From: an uncultured Nitrosomonas sp.
GTDB lineage: Bacteria; Pseudomonadota; Gammaproteobacteria; Burkholderiales; Nitrosomonadaceae
Reading direction: 5' to 3'
NCBI GenBank assembly: GCA_949281375.1
Contig: CASDLT010000010.1
Location: forward strand, 119,182 to 183,181
DNA: 64,000 nt
This document shows, in pieces, positions 21,675-31,252 of the stretch (positions are counted from its first letter, which is position 1; each line of letters begins with the position of its first letter). The notes under the pieces were generated by a model. The model was not told the origin of the DNA and did no database searches. It was given only the letters and a program-made list of their open reading frames with translations. The translations under genes and the position numbers were made by a program.

Positions 21675-22614
21675 ACCCCATAAGTCGTTCAAGTCGTTTC
21701 TCGAGAAGCATATCGATGGAATGTTCTTGCTGAAGTTTACGCAGAGAATCGTGCAATACCGTTCTCACCGATTGCATGATGACCGGATAATCACGATGAG
21801 CTCCCCCGATCGGTTCAGCGATAATACTATCAACGAGATTCATTGCCTTCAGGCGGTCGGCAGTGATACCCATGATTTCTGCCGCCTCTGGCGCCTTCTC
21901 AGAGCTTTTCCACAAGATCGAGGCACAACCTTCCGGCGATATCACAGAATAGGTGGCATATTGCAGCATGTGAATGATGTCGCCCACTGCCACCGCCAGT
22001 GCACCGCCCGATCCTCCTTCTCCGATAATGACGCAGATGATCGGAACCTTTAACTCCGCCAAGACATAGAGATTTCTGCCAATCGCTTCGGATTGTCCTC
22101 GCTCTTCTGCATCAATACCGGGATAGGCACCCGGAGTATCAATGAAGGTTATCAGGGGAATGGAAAATTTCTCAGCCAGACGCATTAAACGCAGAGCCTT
22201 GCGATACCCCTCGGGTTTGGGCATGCCAAAGTTCCGGTAAATCTTTTCACGGGTATCGCGCCCTTTTTGATGTCCGATCACCATCACAGTTTGACCGTTG
22301 AAACGCGCCAACCCTCCGACGATCGCGTGGTCATCGGCGAAATTCCGGTCACCATGCAATTCCTCAAAATCGGTAAATAAGTGATCGATATAATCAAGGG
22401 TATACGGCCGTTGCGGATGCCGTGCAACTTGTGAAATCTGCCACGGAGTCAGCTTCGCATAGACGTTTTTAGTCAACGACAAGCTCTTCGCTTGCAGGCG
22501 TGTAATTTCCGCGGAAATATCCAGCGCAGAATCATCTTGTGCAAAACGCAATTCTTCAATTTTGGACTCAAATTCTGCAATATTCTGTTCAAATTCCAAA
22601 AAGGTGATTTTCAT
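21643..22614 (-). CDS. accA: Acetyl-CoA carboxylase carboxyltransferase alpha subunit
   Basis: Motifs '[10 protein letters not shown]', 'ARHPQRP', '[13 protein letters not shown]' and 'GEGGSGGA'. Start moved to 22614. Confidence 0.98.
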   Translation of the reverse strand: MKITFLEFEQNIAEFESKIEELRFAQDDSALDISAEITRLQAKSLSLTKNVYAKLTPWQISQVARHPQRPYTLDYIDHLFTDFEELHGDRNFADDHAIVGGLARFNGQTVMVIGHQKGRDTREKIYRNFGMPKPEGYRKALRLMRLAEKFSIPLITFIDTPGAYPGIDAEERGQSEAIGRNLYVLAELKVPIICVIIGEGGSGGALAVAVGDIIHMLQYATYSVISPEGCASILWKSSEKAPEAAEIMGITADRLKAMNLVDSIIAEPIGGAHRDYPVIMQSVRTVLHDSLRKLQQEHSIDMLLEKRLERLMGYGSYKEVKVE

Positions 22615-22804
22615 GTGGGTTAAGATATCATCTAAAAACGTGATGATACAGGATTTATAGATCATCCTGCACTACAGCGTCACTTTCGATCACATCGATC
22701 TTGAAATGAATTTTTTATGCCTCACTGCAATCTTGTTGATTTATTCTCACGCACTCACGACAATAAAATATCAAATATAAACAATAACTCAATATCAATA
22801 TACG

Positions 22805-23326
22805 ATGAAAAGACGTATTTTCCTTCAATATATGAGTATCGTGTCCTGGTGCTCGGCGAGTTCACTCCTGCACGGACAGGTCGTCGCTCACGATCACCCC
22901 AGCAGTAAGCCCGATCCACTGATCAAACCGAAGGCGGAATGGCGGATCTTGGTCGCGCCCGAGGCTTATCGGGTATTATTTGAAGAAGAAACTGAAGAAC
23001 CTGGCAGTAGCGAGCTCAATCATGAACATCAGGATGGTACCTATGTATGCGCAGCATGCTATTTACCGTTATTTGAAAGTCGACATAAGTATGATAGCGG
23101 TACTGGATGGCCCAGCTTTACTCAACCGATCTCTGAACATATTGCAACCAAGCAGGACTTTACGCTTATTTTCCTTCGTATCGAATACCATTGCGCACGT
23201 TGCGGGGGACATCAAGGCCATGTTTTCAATGATGGCCCCTCCCCGAGAGGCGAGCGCTGGTGCAATAATGGCGTGGCTCTGAAATTCATTCCTATTGCTG
23301 ATCGATTACCCAATCTCAGGCAATAG
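22805..23326 (+). CDS. msrB: Peptide-methionine (R)-S-oxide reductase with twin-arginine leader
   Basis: Two CxxC motifs, 'SGTGWPSF', 'GHVFNDGP', catalytic 'RWCNNG'; leader MKRRIFL. Confidence 0.93.
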   Translation: MKRRIFLQYMSIVSWCSASSLLHGQVVAHDHPSSKPDPLIKPKAEWRILVAPEAYRVLFEEETEEPGSSELNHEHQDGTYVCAACYLPLFESRHKYDSGTGWPSFTQPISEHIATKQDFTLIFLRIEYHCARCGGHQGHVFNDGPSPRGERWCNNGVALKFIPIADRLPNLRQ

Positions 23327-23405
23327 TGCACAACCGACTCTCAAGTCAATTGCTGCAAAAACTGCATACGCGCCATCATTCCACAACTAAAATTACCAGA
23401 AACCC

Positions 23406-24551
23406 ATGATTGATCAGTCTCATGTCCTCTCTCTGGGAGAAATAACACCCAAGGATTTTCTGCGCACCTACTGGCAAAAAAAACCCTTGCTCATTCGACA
23501 AGCGTTCACAGGTTTTAATGGTCTTCTATCACCGAATGAGCTGATGCAATTAGCGTGTGATCAAGAAGCCCAATCTCGTCTTGTCATCCAGAAAAATAAG
23601 AAATGGCACCTCAGACAAGGCCCTTTCACCCGCTCGGAACTGACCCGATTACCGCAGAAAAACTGGACTTTACTGGTCCAAGACGTTAATCATTTTCTCG
23701 TATCCGCGCGAGAGTTGTTAACCAGTTTCCGTTTCATCCCGCATGTACGATTGGATGATTTGATGGTGAGTTATGCACCTCGAGGCGGCGGCGTTGGGCC
23801 GCATTTCGATTCGTATGATGTTTTTTTATTGCAAGGAATGGGACAACGGCGCTGGCAAATCTCTTCCCAGTGCGATAGGGAAATCATTGCCGATGCGCCT
23901 TTAAGAATTCTAACGAATTTTCAACCCGAACAAGAATGGATTCTGGAACCAGGCGATATGTTGTACTTGCCTCCTCAATATGCTCATAACGGTATTGCCG
24001 AAGACGATTGCATGACCTATTCCATCGGTTTTCGCGCACCTAGCCATCACGAGATCATTACGCAATTCTTGGTTTATTTGCAGGATCATTTTGACATCAA
24101 AGAGGGATTGTATTCCGATCCGGATCTTCAATTGCAATCCCATCCGTCTTTGATCAGCCAAGCATTTTACGAAAAAATCAATGCAGTTCTTGAAAAATTA
24201 AAATGGAATCAAAAAGATATTGAGGATTTCATAGGAATTTATTTTTCAGAGCCCAAATCTCATGTTTTTTTTGATCAACCCGTCCGTCCACTATCAGAGC
24301 GCGTCTTTATTCGCACGGCAAAAGAAAATGGCCTTCAGATTAACTTAAAAAGTAGGATATTAAGCGGTAACCATACCTTCTATATCAATGGTGAAAGCTT
24401 TGAAGTAAGTTCGAAAACCTACGAGGAGCTACTCAATTTGGCTGACGACTATGAACTGCCCCATTCTTTCGTTGCAAATAAAGAATCAGAAAAAATTCTT
24501 TATCTATGGTATGTTAACGGATATCTCAGCATTAAAACCTCTTCCCGATAA
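23406..24551 (+). CDS. roxA: JmjC/cupin ribosomal protein L16 hydroxylase (YcfD/RoxA family)
   Basis: Motifs 'YWQKKPLLIR', 'RLDDLMVSYA', HxD in 'PHFDSYDVFL', 'LEPGDMLYLPP' and 'YSIGFRAP'. Confidence 0.88.
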   Translation: MIDQSHVLSLGEITPKDFLRTYWQKKPLLIRQAFTGFNGLLSPNELMQLACDQEAQSRLVIQKNKKWHLRQGPFTRSELTRLPQKNWTLLVQDVNHFLVSARELLTSFRFIPHVRLDDLMVSYAPRGGGVGPHFDSYDVFLLQGMGQRRWQISSQCDREIIADAPLRILTNFQPEQEWILEPGDMLYLPPQYAHNGIAEDDCMTYSIGFRAPSHHEIITQFLVYLQDHFDIKEGLYSDPDLQLQSHPSLISQAFYEKINAVLEKLKWNQKDIEDFIGIYFSEPKSHVFFDQPVRPLSERVFIRTAKENGLQINLKSRILSGNHTFYINGESFEVSSKTYEELLNLADDYELPHSFVANKESEKILYLWYVNGYLSIKTSSR

Positions 24552-24708
24552 TATTTCTCATTACAAATTTTCAGTTTTTTTCTGGACAGCACAACTGTAT
24601 TCTGGTATTAGTAGTATGGTCTTTCAATTTCTTGAGAGATCAGTGAATCGTTTGACATAATTTATTTTCATTTAAATTTTTTTAATAGAATTAAAGAGGA
24701 GATAAAAA

Positions 24709-24828
24709 ATGAAATACTCGATAATAGTTGCTGCTCTTCTCGCAGCTTTTGTAGCCGGTTGCGGCGAACCAAAACCCGGTCAATATCCACCTAGTTTTAT
24801 GGATGAACGTGACGGCACTCCCAAATAA
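24709..24828 (+). CDS. Unannotated 39-aa lipoprotein
   Basis: MKYSIIVAALLAAFVAGCGEPKPGQYPPSFMDERDGTPK*. AGAGGAG RBS, VAGC lipobox, downstream hairpin. Confidence 0.8.
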   Translation: MKYSIIVAALLAAFVAGCGEPKPGQYPPSFMDERDGTPK

Positions 24829-24867
24829 TGAGAAATTACTCTATTTACGTAATTACTTTCTTCAAAG

Positions 24868-24905
24868 CAGCAAACAGTCGCCTCTGAATGGGCGACTGTT
24901 TGCTG
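24868..24905 (+). terminator. Hairpin downstream of the 39-aa lipoprotein gene
   Basis: 15-bp perfect stem cagcaaacagtcgcc / ggcgactgtttgctg with an 8-nt loop; no strong U-tract. Confidence 0.7.
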
Positions 24906-25261
24906 AACATAAAATCTCAACCACATCATAAAATTTCAATCACATATTTTCATCAACCAACAAACGAAAATATGCTCGTCAGAAAAATTTAATTCTTCTT
25001 TAGTTCAAATCTGTATAATCTAAAGCACAACTTTAAGAGTTAGGAACCTCTGAGGAAATTCTGAGAAAACATGAACAGGGCACTAAACCTACATGTTAGT
25101 GCCGCGTTTGAATCTTGCTCAAGTGCTAATTTATAACAGCTTGTGAGTACACTATTTAATCAATCTGGTGTTAATATTCGATAATGTTCGTAATCTTTGT
25201 CAGAATTCTCTTCAGAAGTCGATAGTTGCATATTAAACCCATCCAAAACAGAGGAGAATAA

Positions 25262-25420
25262 ATGATAAAAATTTCATTAATGTTAGCAGCTCTGGCAATG
25301 TTAGGATTAAGTGCCTGTGAAGGAAAGAAAAGTTTAGACGGACATCCAATGGATAAACCGCCTCCCTCCGCATATGCTCCAAGAGACGCTGAGCCTGCAC
25401 AAGACACTGAGTCAAAATAA
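25262..25420 (+). CDS. Unannotated 52-aa lipoprotein
   Basis: MIKISLMLAALAMLGLSACEGKKSLDGHPMDKPPPSAYAPRDAEPAQDTESK*. GAGGAG RBS, LSAC lipobox. Confidence 0.8.
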   Translation: MIKISLMLAALAMLGLSACEGKKSLDGHPMDKPPPSAYAPRDAEPAQDTESK

Positions 25421-25456
25421 ACACAAAAACCCCAATTTGAGGAGTTTCTGATCGAT

Positions 25457-25503
25457 AAACATTAATCCTCTAATCACATTGGATCTGAGGGTTAATGTTT
25501 TTT
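25457..25503. terminator. Probable terminator between the 52-aa lipoprotein gene and sppA
   Basis: aaacattaatcctc...gagggttaatgttt stem followed by a T-run. Confidence 0.55.
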
Positions 25504-25575
25504 ATTATCGACATGTCAAATCAACAGACATGCCGAACGATCTTGCCATCGTAATTAATTTGAGATTCTTGCTGA

Positions 25576-26529
25576 TCACTTCAATGTGAATCCGCTCTGA
25601 GTCAAAAATTCAAGGGCGATTTTTCCTAACCGCTTGGCAAATAAATCAGAAAACCCTTCGCGCGGGGTAAAATCAACCAGCGTTTCTGCTTTTATGATTT
25701 CACGCGCAACATACTCAGCGTCACCCATTTCATCCGCAAGACCCAAATCGATACTCTTCTGTCCAGTCCATACGATCCCACTGAAAATCTTGGGATCATC
25801 CTTTAGGCGCTCGCCCCTGCCTTGCTGCACGACAGTAATGAATTGTTGATGGATTTCCTTCAATAAGGTCTTGGCATGTTCCTTCTGTACCGGATCCAAT
25901 GGCGTAAACGGATCAAGAAACCCCTTATTTTCACCTGCCGTGAGTAAGCGTCTTTCGATACCCAATTTCTCCAAGGTTCCTGCAAAACCAAAACCATCCA
26001 TCAATACGCCTATCGAGCCCACCAGGCTTGCTTTATCGACAAAAATCTTATCAGTGGCAACCGCAACATAGTAACCGCCTGAAGCGCACACATCACCGAT
26101 GACCGCATAAATAGGAATATCTGGATACTTGGTTCGCAGTCTTTTTATTTCATCATTGATATACCCAGCCTGAACGGGGCTGCCGCCAGGGCTGTTAATT
26201 CTCAAAATCACACCTTGGGTATTCTTATCCTTAAAGGCGGACTGCAAGCTTCCATTGATCTTATCGGCACTACTGGCACTGTCCGGAACGATGACACCGC
26301 GCAAATCAATCAAAGCGGTGTGTTTCTCGGCGAGGCGTACTTTTCCATCATCAATCCAATCCGTTGCAGCAAACAACAGAGCAAATAAATATAGAAAGGT
26401 CAATGTCTTGAAAAAAATCCCCCACAATCGTGCTCGGCGCTGTTCTCTGATAGACGCAAGCGCCAAGTTCTCCAGTAAATTTCTTTCCCAATTTTTGTTT
26501 TTAATTTCTGATTCGTCCATATTGTCCAT
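25576..26529 (-). CDS. sppA: S49 family signal peptide peptidase (short SppA type)
   Basis: Motifs 'RINSPGGS', 'CASGGYY', 'GSIGV' and 'TAGENK'; one TM anchor. Confidence 0.9.
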   Translation of the reverse strand: MDNMDESEIKNKNWERNLLENLALASIREQRRARLWGIFFKTLTFLYLFALLFAATDWIDDGKVRLAEKHTALIDLRGVIVPDSASSADKINGSLQSAFKDKNTQGVILRINSPGGSPVQAGYINDEIKRLRTKYPDIPIYAVIGDVCASGGYYVAVATDKIFVDKASLVGSIGVLMDGFGFAGTLEKLGIERRLLTAGENKGFLDPFTPLDPVQKEHAKTLLKEIHQQFITVVQQGRGERLKDDPKIFSGIVWTGQKSIDLGLADEMGDAEYVAREIIKAETLVDFTPREGFSDLFAKRLGKIALEFLTQSGFTLK

Positions 26530-26900
26530 TGCTATGACAAAAAAGTTTTATTCGGCGTACTACTTCTGCTTATACCAACACACAGACAAGTTAACCTACC
26601 ATTAGTTTATTAAATTGTTAATCTGAGAAATCATTAGCAAGTCAATCAAGTCTTTTTTTAGAATAAATAAAAACTTACCAACTTCTTGCTATCATAGCAG
26701 GAAACTCTTCACACGTGAGCTTGCTGCACGATTAGCATCACAAGCTCCGTCTTTGCCGGTGAAATTTTTACAGGCATCTTCAAATGTGTGCTCCCGCACA
26801 GACGATAACTTCTAATCTTGATATTTAACATGTAAGAAAAAGATGGTCATGGATTCTAAAAACTCTAACCCCTTTTATTTATTTTTCATAAAGGAATGCC

Positions 26901-28160
26901 ATGTATAAAAATAATTTGCTTATTTACTTATTCGGAATCCTGCTTCTTACAACCATCTATAGCACGACAGCCCCAGCCCAATCGACGCCAAAAACCGACA
27001 ATTCAGCGTCAGCAGATACCGAATGCCTATTCAATTGGGCTCAAACATTCTATCCACAGCTTTTTTCACCAGCGATTATGGGCCTGCAACAATCTTCCCC
27101 CTATCTCTATCGCTATTACGCTACGACAAATGCCTATCTGGGAGTTTCAACGACCGACAATCATGTCTATTATCTGGAGACCAACCAGACAGTACCGAAG
27201 GACATGGGAGACATCTCATCTCTGATGAAAGAAGCAGGATGTGGCGTCAAGCCCTACCCGGTGATTTTCATCCACGGACTGGCTTCTTCTTCTGATACCT
27301 GGATCGCTTATAGAGATTACCTGATCGCGAACGGTGGCTGGATTTATGGCGGAATACCTGCATATGATCCCGCCACAAAAACAGTTAATCTCAACTGTCC
27401 GACAAATTCAGCCCAGGTTGTTCCGTGTACTGGCAAAAACGGAAATTTTTACACGATCAATTTCTCAAGCAATCAGCAATTATCACTTGACCTTCTGGGC
27501 GGCGAGATCGCGGCCGCCATACAAGCAGTGTTAAAGGCCAATCCAGGCTCGACCAAGGTTCTGCTGATCGGCCACAGCTCGGGAGGACTTGCTGCCAGAG
27601 CTTACTTACAGGGAATGGCGCGAGCACCAGACGTCACGACTCCGCTTGCTTATCGCGATGATGTTTTTAGGCTGATTACAATTGGCACTCCCCATCTTGG
27701 CAGTTTCTGGGCAGAGGCATGCCATACCCGCTTCGATCTTTTCAATCTCATCGACGATATCGGGATTTGCGATCTTCTGGCGTCGGACATCGACAATGAC
27801 AGTGCCGCGATTCAAGATCTGCAACCTGATAGCAATGTTTTGGCTGCGCTTAACGATCTTAATACACACCCTTTGCCCGCAAATGTCTCATATGTTTCGA
27901 TCATAGGTACCGGACAGCCCACCTTGTCCAGTTTAGTCGATTTTGACTCTGGAGACGGAATCGTAACGAATGCCTCTCAAAATCTTTCCACGTTGACAGG
28001 AAACCTCCCTCTTCAACAAAAATCAGTCGCCATTGAGGTTCCTTTCAAAGAGTGTGGCAATAGAATCAGTCTGCCATTGCTCGATGATATTGGCCAGGCT
28101 CACACGTGCGAAACGAGCGATTCGAATATCGGCGCGGAGATTTTGAAAAATTTACAGTAA
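26901..28160 (+). CDS. Secreted alpha/beta hydrolase (lipase/PGAP1-like) with extra N-terminal domain
   Basis: Signal peptide, 'IFIHGLAS', nucleophile elbow GHSSGG, 'TIGTPHLGS' and 'GDGIV'. Confidence 0.8.
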   Translation: MYKNNLLIYLFGILLLTTIYSTTAPAQSTPKTDNSASADTECLFNWAQTFYPQLFSPAIMGLQQSSPYLYRYYATTNAYLGVSTTDNHVYYLETNQTVPKDMGDISSLMKEAGCGVKPYPVIFIHGLASSSDTWIAYRDYLIANGGWIYGGIPAYDPATKTVNLNCPTNSAQVVPCTGKNGNFYTINFSSNQQLSLDLLGGEIAAAIQAVLKANPGSTKVLLIGHSSGGLAARAYLQGMARAPDVTTPLAYRDDVFRLITIGTPHLGSFWAEACHTRFDLFNLIDDIGICDLLASDIDNDSAAIQDLQPDSNVLAALNDLNTHPLPANVSYVSIIGTGQPTLSSLVDFDSGDGIVTNASQNLSTLTGNLPLQQKSVAIEVPFKECGNRISLPLLDDIGQAHTCETSDSNIGAEILKNLQ

Positions 28161-28364
28161 ATCGAGAACTGATGAATACTCTCGCATCGCTTAAGAACCA
28201 AATAATTGAACTTCTTTGCATTTACAACAACTTTTTGGTAATTCTGAGCGATATTCAACATTTACCCTAATGAAGGCTTGGTGTGAAACCATACCGACGA
28301 ATGGTTTTTACTATCCGATAATGACACTCCTTGCCAAGCATCAGGGCGAATTTGAGCGGAGCAG

Positions 28365-28568
28365 ATGATGTTAAAAAAGGTACAAATCAGCGACAGGAAC
28401 TCGGGCAGGATTATCGCAGAGTACCCGATTGTATTAGAAATACTGGGCGTTTCCCCAATGGATTATTGCAAAGAAGCCTGGGAAAACGCGATTGATGAAG
28501 GAGTCGTCGATCCGACCAGAACCGCACGGTACGAAGTAGAAGTTGTGAATGACATATGGGATAAATAG
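28365..28568 (+). CDS. Hypothetical protein (67 aa)
   Basis: GGAG RBS and protein-like composition; no family recognised. Confidence 0.55.
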   Translation: MMLKKVQISDRNSGRIIAEYPIVLEILGVSPMDYCKEAWENAIDEGVVDPTRTARYEVEVVNDIWDK

Positions 28569-28581
28569 AGAGAAAAAATAA

Positions 28582-28746
28582 ATGTCAAAATTAAAATTAA
28601 AATTAAACAATAGAAAAATCACCGATACGGCCATTGTGAGTCCAAAAGTAAGAAAAAAAATGCGTACTAAACGTTATTTAATGGCTGTCATGGATTTTAT
28701 GAAAAAAGAAAGACCCTCGTTTGTACCTCCAGAATCTATTTCCTGA
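28582..28746 (+). CDS. Small basic hypothetical protein (54 aa)
   Basis: MSKLKLKLNNRKITDTAIVSPKVRKKMRTKRYLMAVMDFMKKERPSFVPPESIS*, starting 13 nt after the previous stop. Confidence 0.35.
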   Translation: MSKLKLKLNNRKITDTAIVSPKVRKKMRTKRYLMAVMDFMKKERPSFVPPESIS

Positions 28747-29378
28747 TAAAGATGAGGCGCCTGCATTAAAAAAAGACACGATCAACTCTTCGTGTCTTAT
28801 CGGTCGCCTGTCTGCATCAGTTTCAAGTACTTAATGCAATGATCACCCCCCACGAGGCAACATTTTTATAGAATTTCTGCTTCATAAGTACGCGCACACA
28901 CGCAGATAACTCCTCAAGCTCTTCGGGTTTCTTGATCGACTCTAATCTTCATTCATTCCCTACAGAATGACGGATGATTTTGTTGTCCCTTTCTGATCAG
29001 CTTTTTTAAAGCTCATTCTATGTCCCCTAACAATCCAGGTAAGAATCCTCAGTCCGTCAAGGTGGACTATTCAAGAATTCCGCATTTCATATTCCAAGGC
29101 GGCGATATTTTCCGGCTCAACAATGATATTCCCGACCAGCCCAATTGACATTCCCGAACGCTCCAATGATTCAACTTAAACGTCACGATCATATTCAATT
29201 TCCATCATCCAGCCAGCAGCTCATTACGGTAAACAAAAATTGATGGATGGAGAAAAGCAAAAGATTGTGCGAGAACGATCGTTTTACTTTCCTTGATCGC
29301 TTGGATAAAATGCTGAAAAATGTTTAGAAGGCGCTTGCAACCTAGCGCTTATGCGCATGTTTATCAGGAGACCCAGTC

Positions 29379-29939
29379 ATGACCCACTCAAATAATGACG
29401 ACCTCATTAATGGAATTGATCCAAAACGGACACAGGCCATAGTGGATCTCATCAGAAATGACACTACAAGTGATAGCGCAAAACCTGAGTTTCGAACCAC
29501 AGTTGCATGGGATAGCGGCTATCACGCCACTATGCGCGTCACAGATGGCCAAGTCGTGCTCGCCGATGAGCCTCAGCGTTTTGGGGGCGAAGGAATGGGA
29601 ATCACGCCAGAGGATTTGTTGCTGACTGCGGTTGGTGCTTGCCTCGTGGCGACTTATATTGGAGGATTATCCGCAGCCTCCATCAATGTCGAACATCTGC
29701 GCTTAAGTGTGTCAGGGCGGGTTAATTTCCGCGCAGCTTTTGCCATCGAACCTGGCTCTCCGGGCTTCGAAGACATCAAAGTCGTGGTGGATTTACAAAC
29801 AGATGCTCCGGAACAAGAAGTGATCGAATTGCTCGAAAAACTGAACAAAGCCGCGCCCATACCCGATACCATCATGCGACCAGTACCCGTCAATGTAGAA
29901 ATCATCCATCATTCCGAAGTAAAAGCATCTTCACCTTGA
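29379..29939 (+). CDS. OsmC/Ohr-like protein
   Basis: Motifs 'ADEPQRFGGEGMGITPEDLLLTAVGAC' and 'PGFEDIKVVV'; second Cys absent. Confidence 0.85.
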   Translation: MTHSNNDDLINGIDPKRTQAIVDLIRNDTTSDSAKPEFRTTVAWDSGYHATMRVTDGQVVLADEPQRFGGEGMGITPEDLLLTAVGACLVATYIGGLSAASINVEHLRLSVSGRVNFRAAFAIEPGSPGFEDIKVVVDLQTDAPEQEVIELLEKLNKAAPIPDTIMRPVPVNVEIIHHSEVKASSP

Positions 29940-30064
29940 TCACTTCTTAATCTCGAATTTTCACTCTTGTTTACCAACAGAGTATCTGCTTGATTGAAAT
30001 TAAATCCAACGGGTTATTGCTCAATAGCCATTAGGACGAAGATGCTTACACTTAAGGATGATCT

Positions 30065-31252
30065 ATGAACAATCCTGATATTCATGATGTGACGGTAATT
30101 GGCGCAGGTCCCGCCGGGTTATCAGTTGCCTACGAGCTAGTAAGATCGGGTTTAAAACCCCTGGTATTGGAACGCACTGGCGCTGTCGGCGATGTCTGGC
30201 GCAATCATTATGATGGTGTACGATTGAATTCCGGACGCTATTTTTCTGCCCTGTCAGGCAGTAAATTTCCGTTATCTGCTGGCTCATGGCCTTCCCGCGA
30301 AGAAGTGGTTCGTCTGCTGGAAACTTTCCCGGCACGCGGCGGATTTACCGTACAAACAAACACCGATATCGAGAAAGTAAGTTATGACCGGCAACGTGAT
30401 GTCTGGCACATCATCAGCACCGAAGGCAAGCAATTCGAGTCTCGCGCCGTTGTCATGGCCATCGGAGGCTGCCGTATTCCAGTGATTCCCGACTGGGAAG
30501 GCTTGAGAACCTTCCCGGGAGAAATTATTCATTCATCGAAATTCAAGAACACTCAGGCATATACTGGCAAGCAGGTTTTAGTCGTCGGCAGCGGCAATTC
30601 TGCTGCTGAAATTGCCAGCAGGTTGGCCGGGCATGCAAGCTCCGTAACGGTGTCGGTCAGGACGGCGCCCCATATTCTGCCAAAGAGCATTTATGGCATC
30701 CCGTTGATCGGCATTGGGGTATGGACCCGATACTGGCCTACCCGCTGGGTGGATGGCATATTACGTTTTTTACAGCACCGTATGATAGGAGATCTGAGTG
30801 CCCACGGCCTGCCTTATCCTTCTTTGCCACTTTCAAAGCAGTACGCCATCAACAACGTAGTACCCATTCTTTATCGACCTTTCATCGATGACGTCCGCGC
30901 CGGGCGAATTCACATCGTAGGCCCAATCCAGAAGATCACCGGAAAAACCGTGGAGGTATTTCAACGCATCCAAACTGCGCAACATAATGACACTGACGTG
31001 GTAACGCTGGAACCTGATGTCATCATCGTTGGCACCGGTTTTCGTACCGGCATCTCGAAACTGGTTAAAATTCCAGGCATCACCGACAAGGATGATCGGG
31101 TGGTTTTCTCGGGGGATCAGGAACATCCCAATGCGCCACGGCTCTACTTCATCGGACAGATCAATCCGTTAAGCGGATTATTGCGGGAAATCCGACTGGA
31201 AGCCGGCAGAATTGCACAAAAACTCAAGCAACACATTCAAACAAACCGGTAA
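30065..31252 (+). CDS. Flavin-containing monooxygenase (class B, FMO/YUCCA-like)
   Basis: GAGPAG (FAD), FPGEIIHSSKF (FMO fingerprint), GSGNSA (NADPH) and 'GTGF'. Confidence 0.9.
   Translation: MNNPDIHDVTVIGAGPAGLSVAYELVRSGLKPLVLERTGAVGDVWRNHYDGVRLNSGRYFSALSGSKFPLSAGSWPSREEVVRLLETFPARGGFTVQTNTDIEKVSYDRQRDVWHIISTEGKQFESRAVVMAIGGCRIPVIPDWEGLRTFPGEIIHSSKFKNTQAYTGKQVLVVGSGNSAAEIASRLAGHASSVTVSVRTAPHILPKSIYGIPLIGIGVWTRYWPTRWVDGILRFLQHRMIGDLSAHGLPYPSLPLSKQYAINNVVPILYRPFIDDVRAGRIHIVGPIQKITGKTVEVFQRIQTAQHNDTDVVTLEPDVIIVGTGFRTGISKLVKIPGITDKDDRVVFSGDQEHPNAPRLYFIGQINPLSGLLREIRLEAGRIAQKLKQHIQTNR

Noticed and set aside
25010-25110. TATAAT plus ggcactaa/ttagtgcc hairpin suggesting an sRNA
   Set aside because: No convincing -35 element or U-tract; could be chance in AT-rich DNA.
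26690-26810. Leader upstream of the hydrolase gene considered as a riboswitch
   Set aside because: No match to riboswitch consensus motifs I can recognise.
28830-28945. Minus-strand fragment 'IKKPEELEELSACVRVLMK' resembling a receiver-domain end
   Set aside because: Too short, preceded by a stop, and no other receiver motifs; not enough for a pseudogene call.
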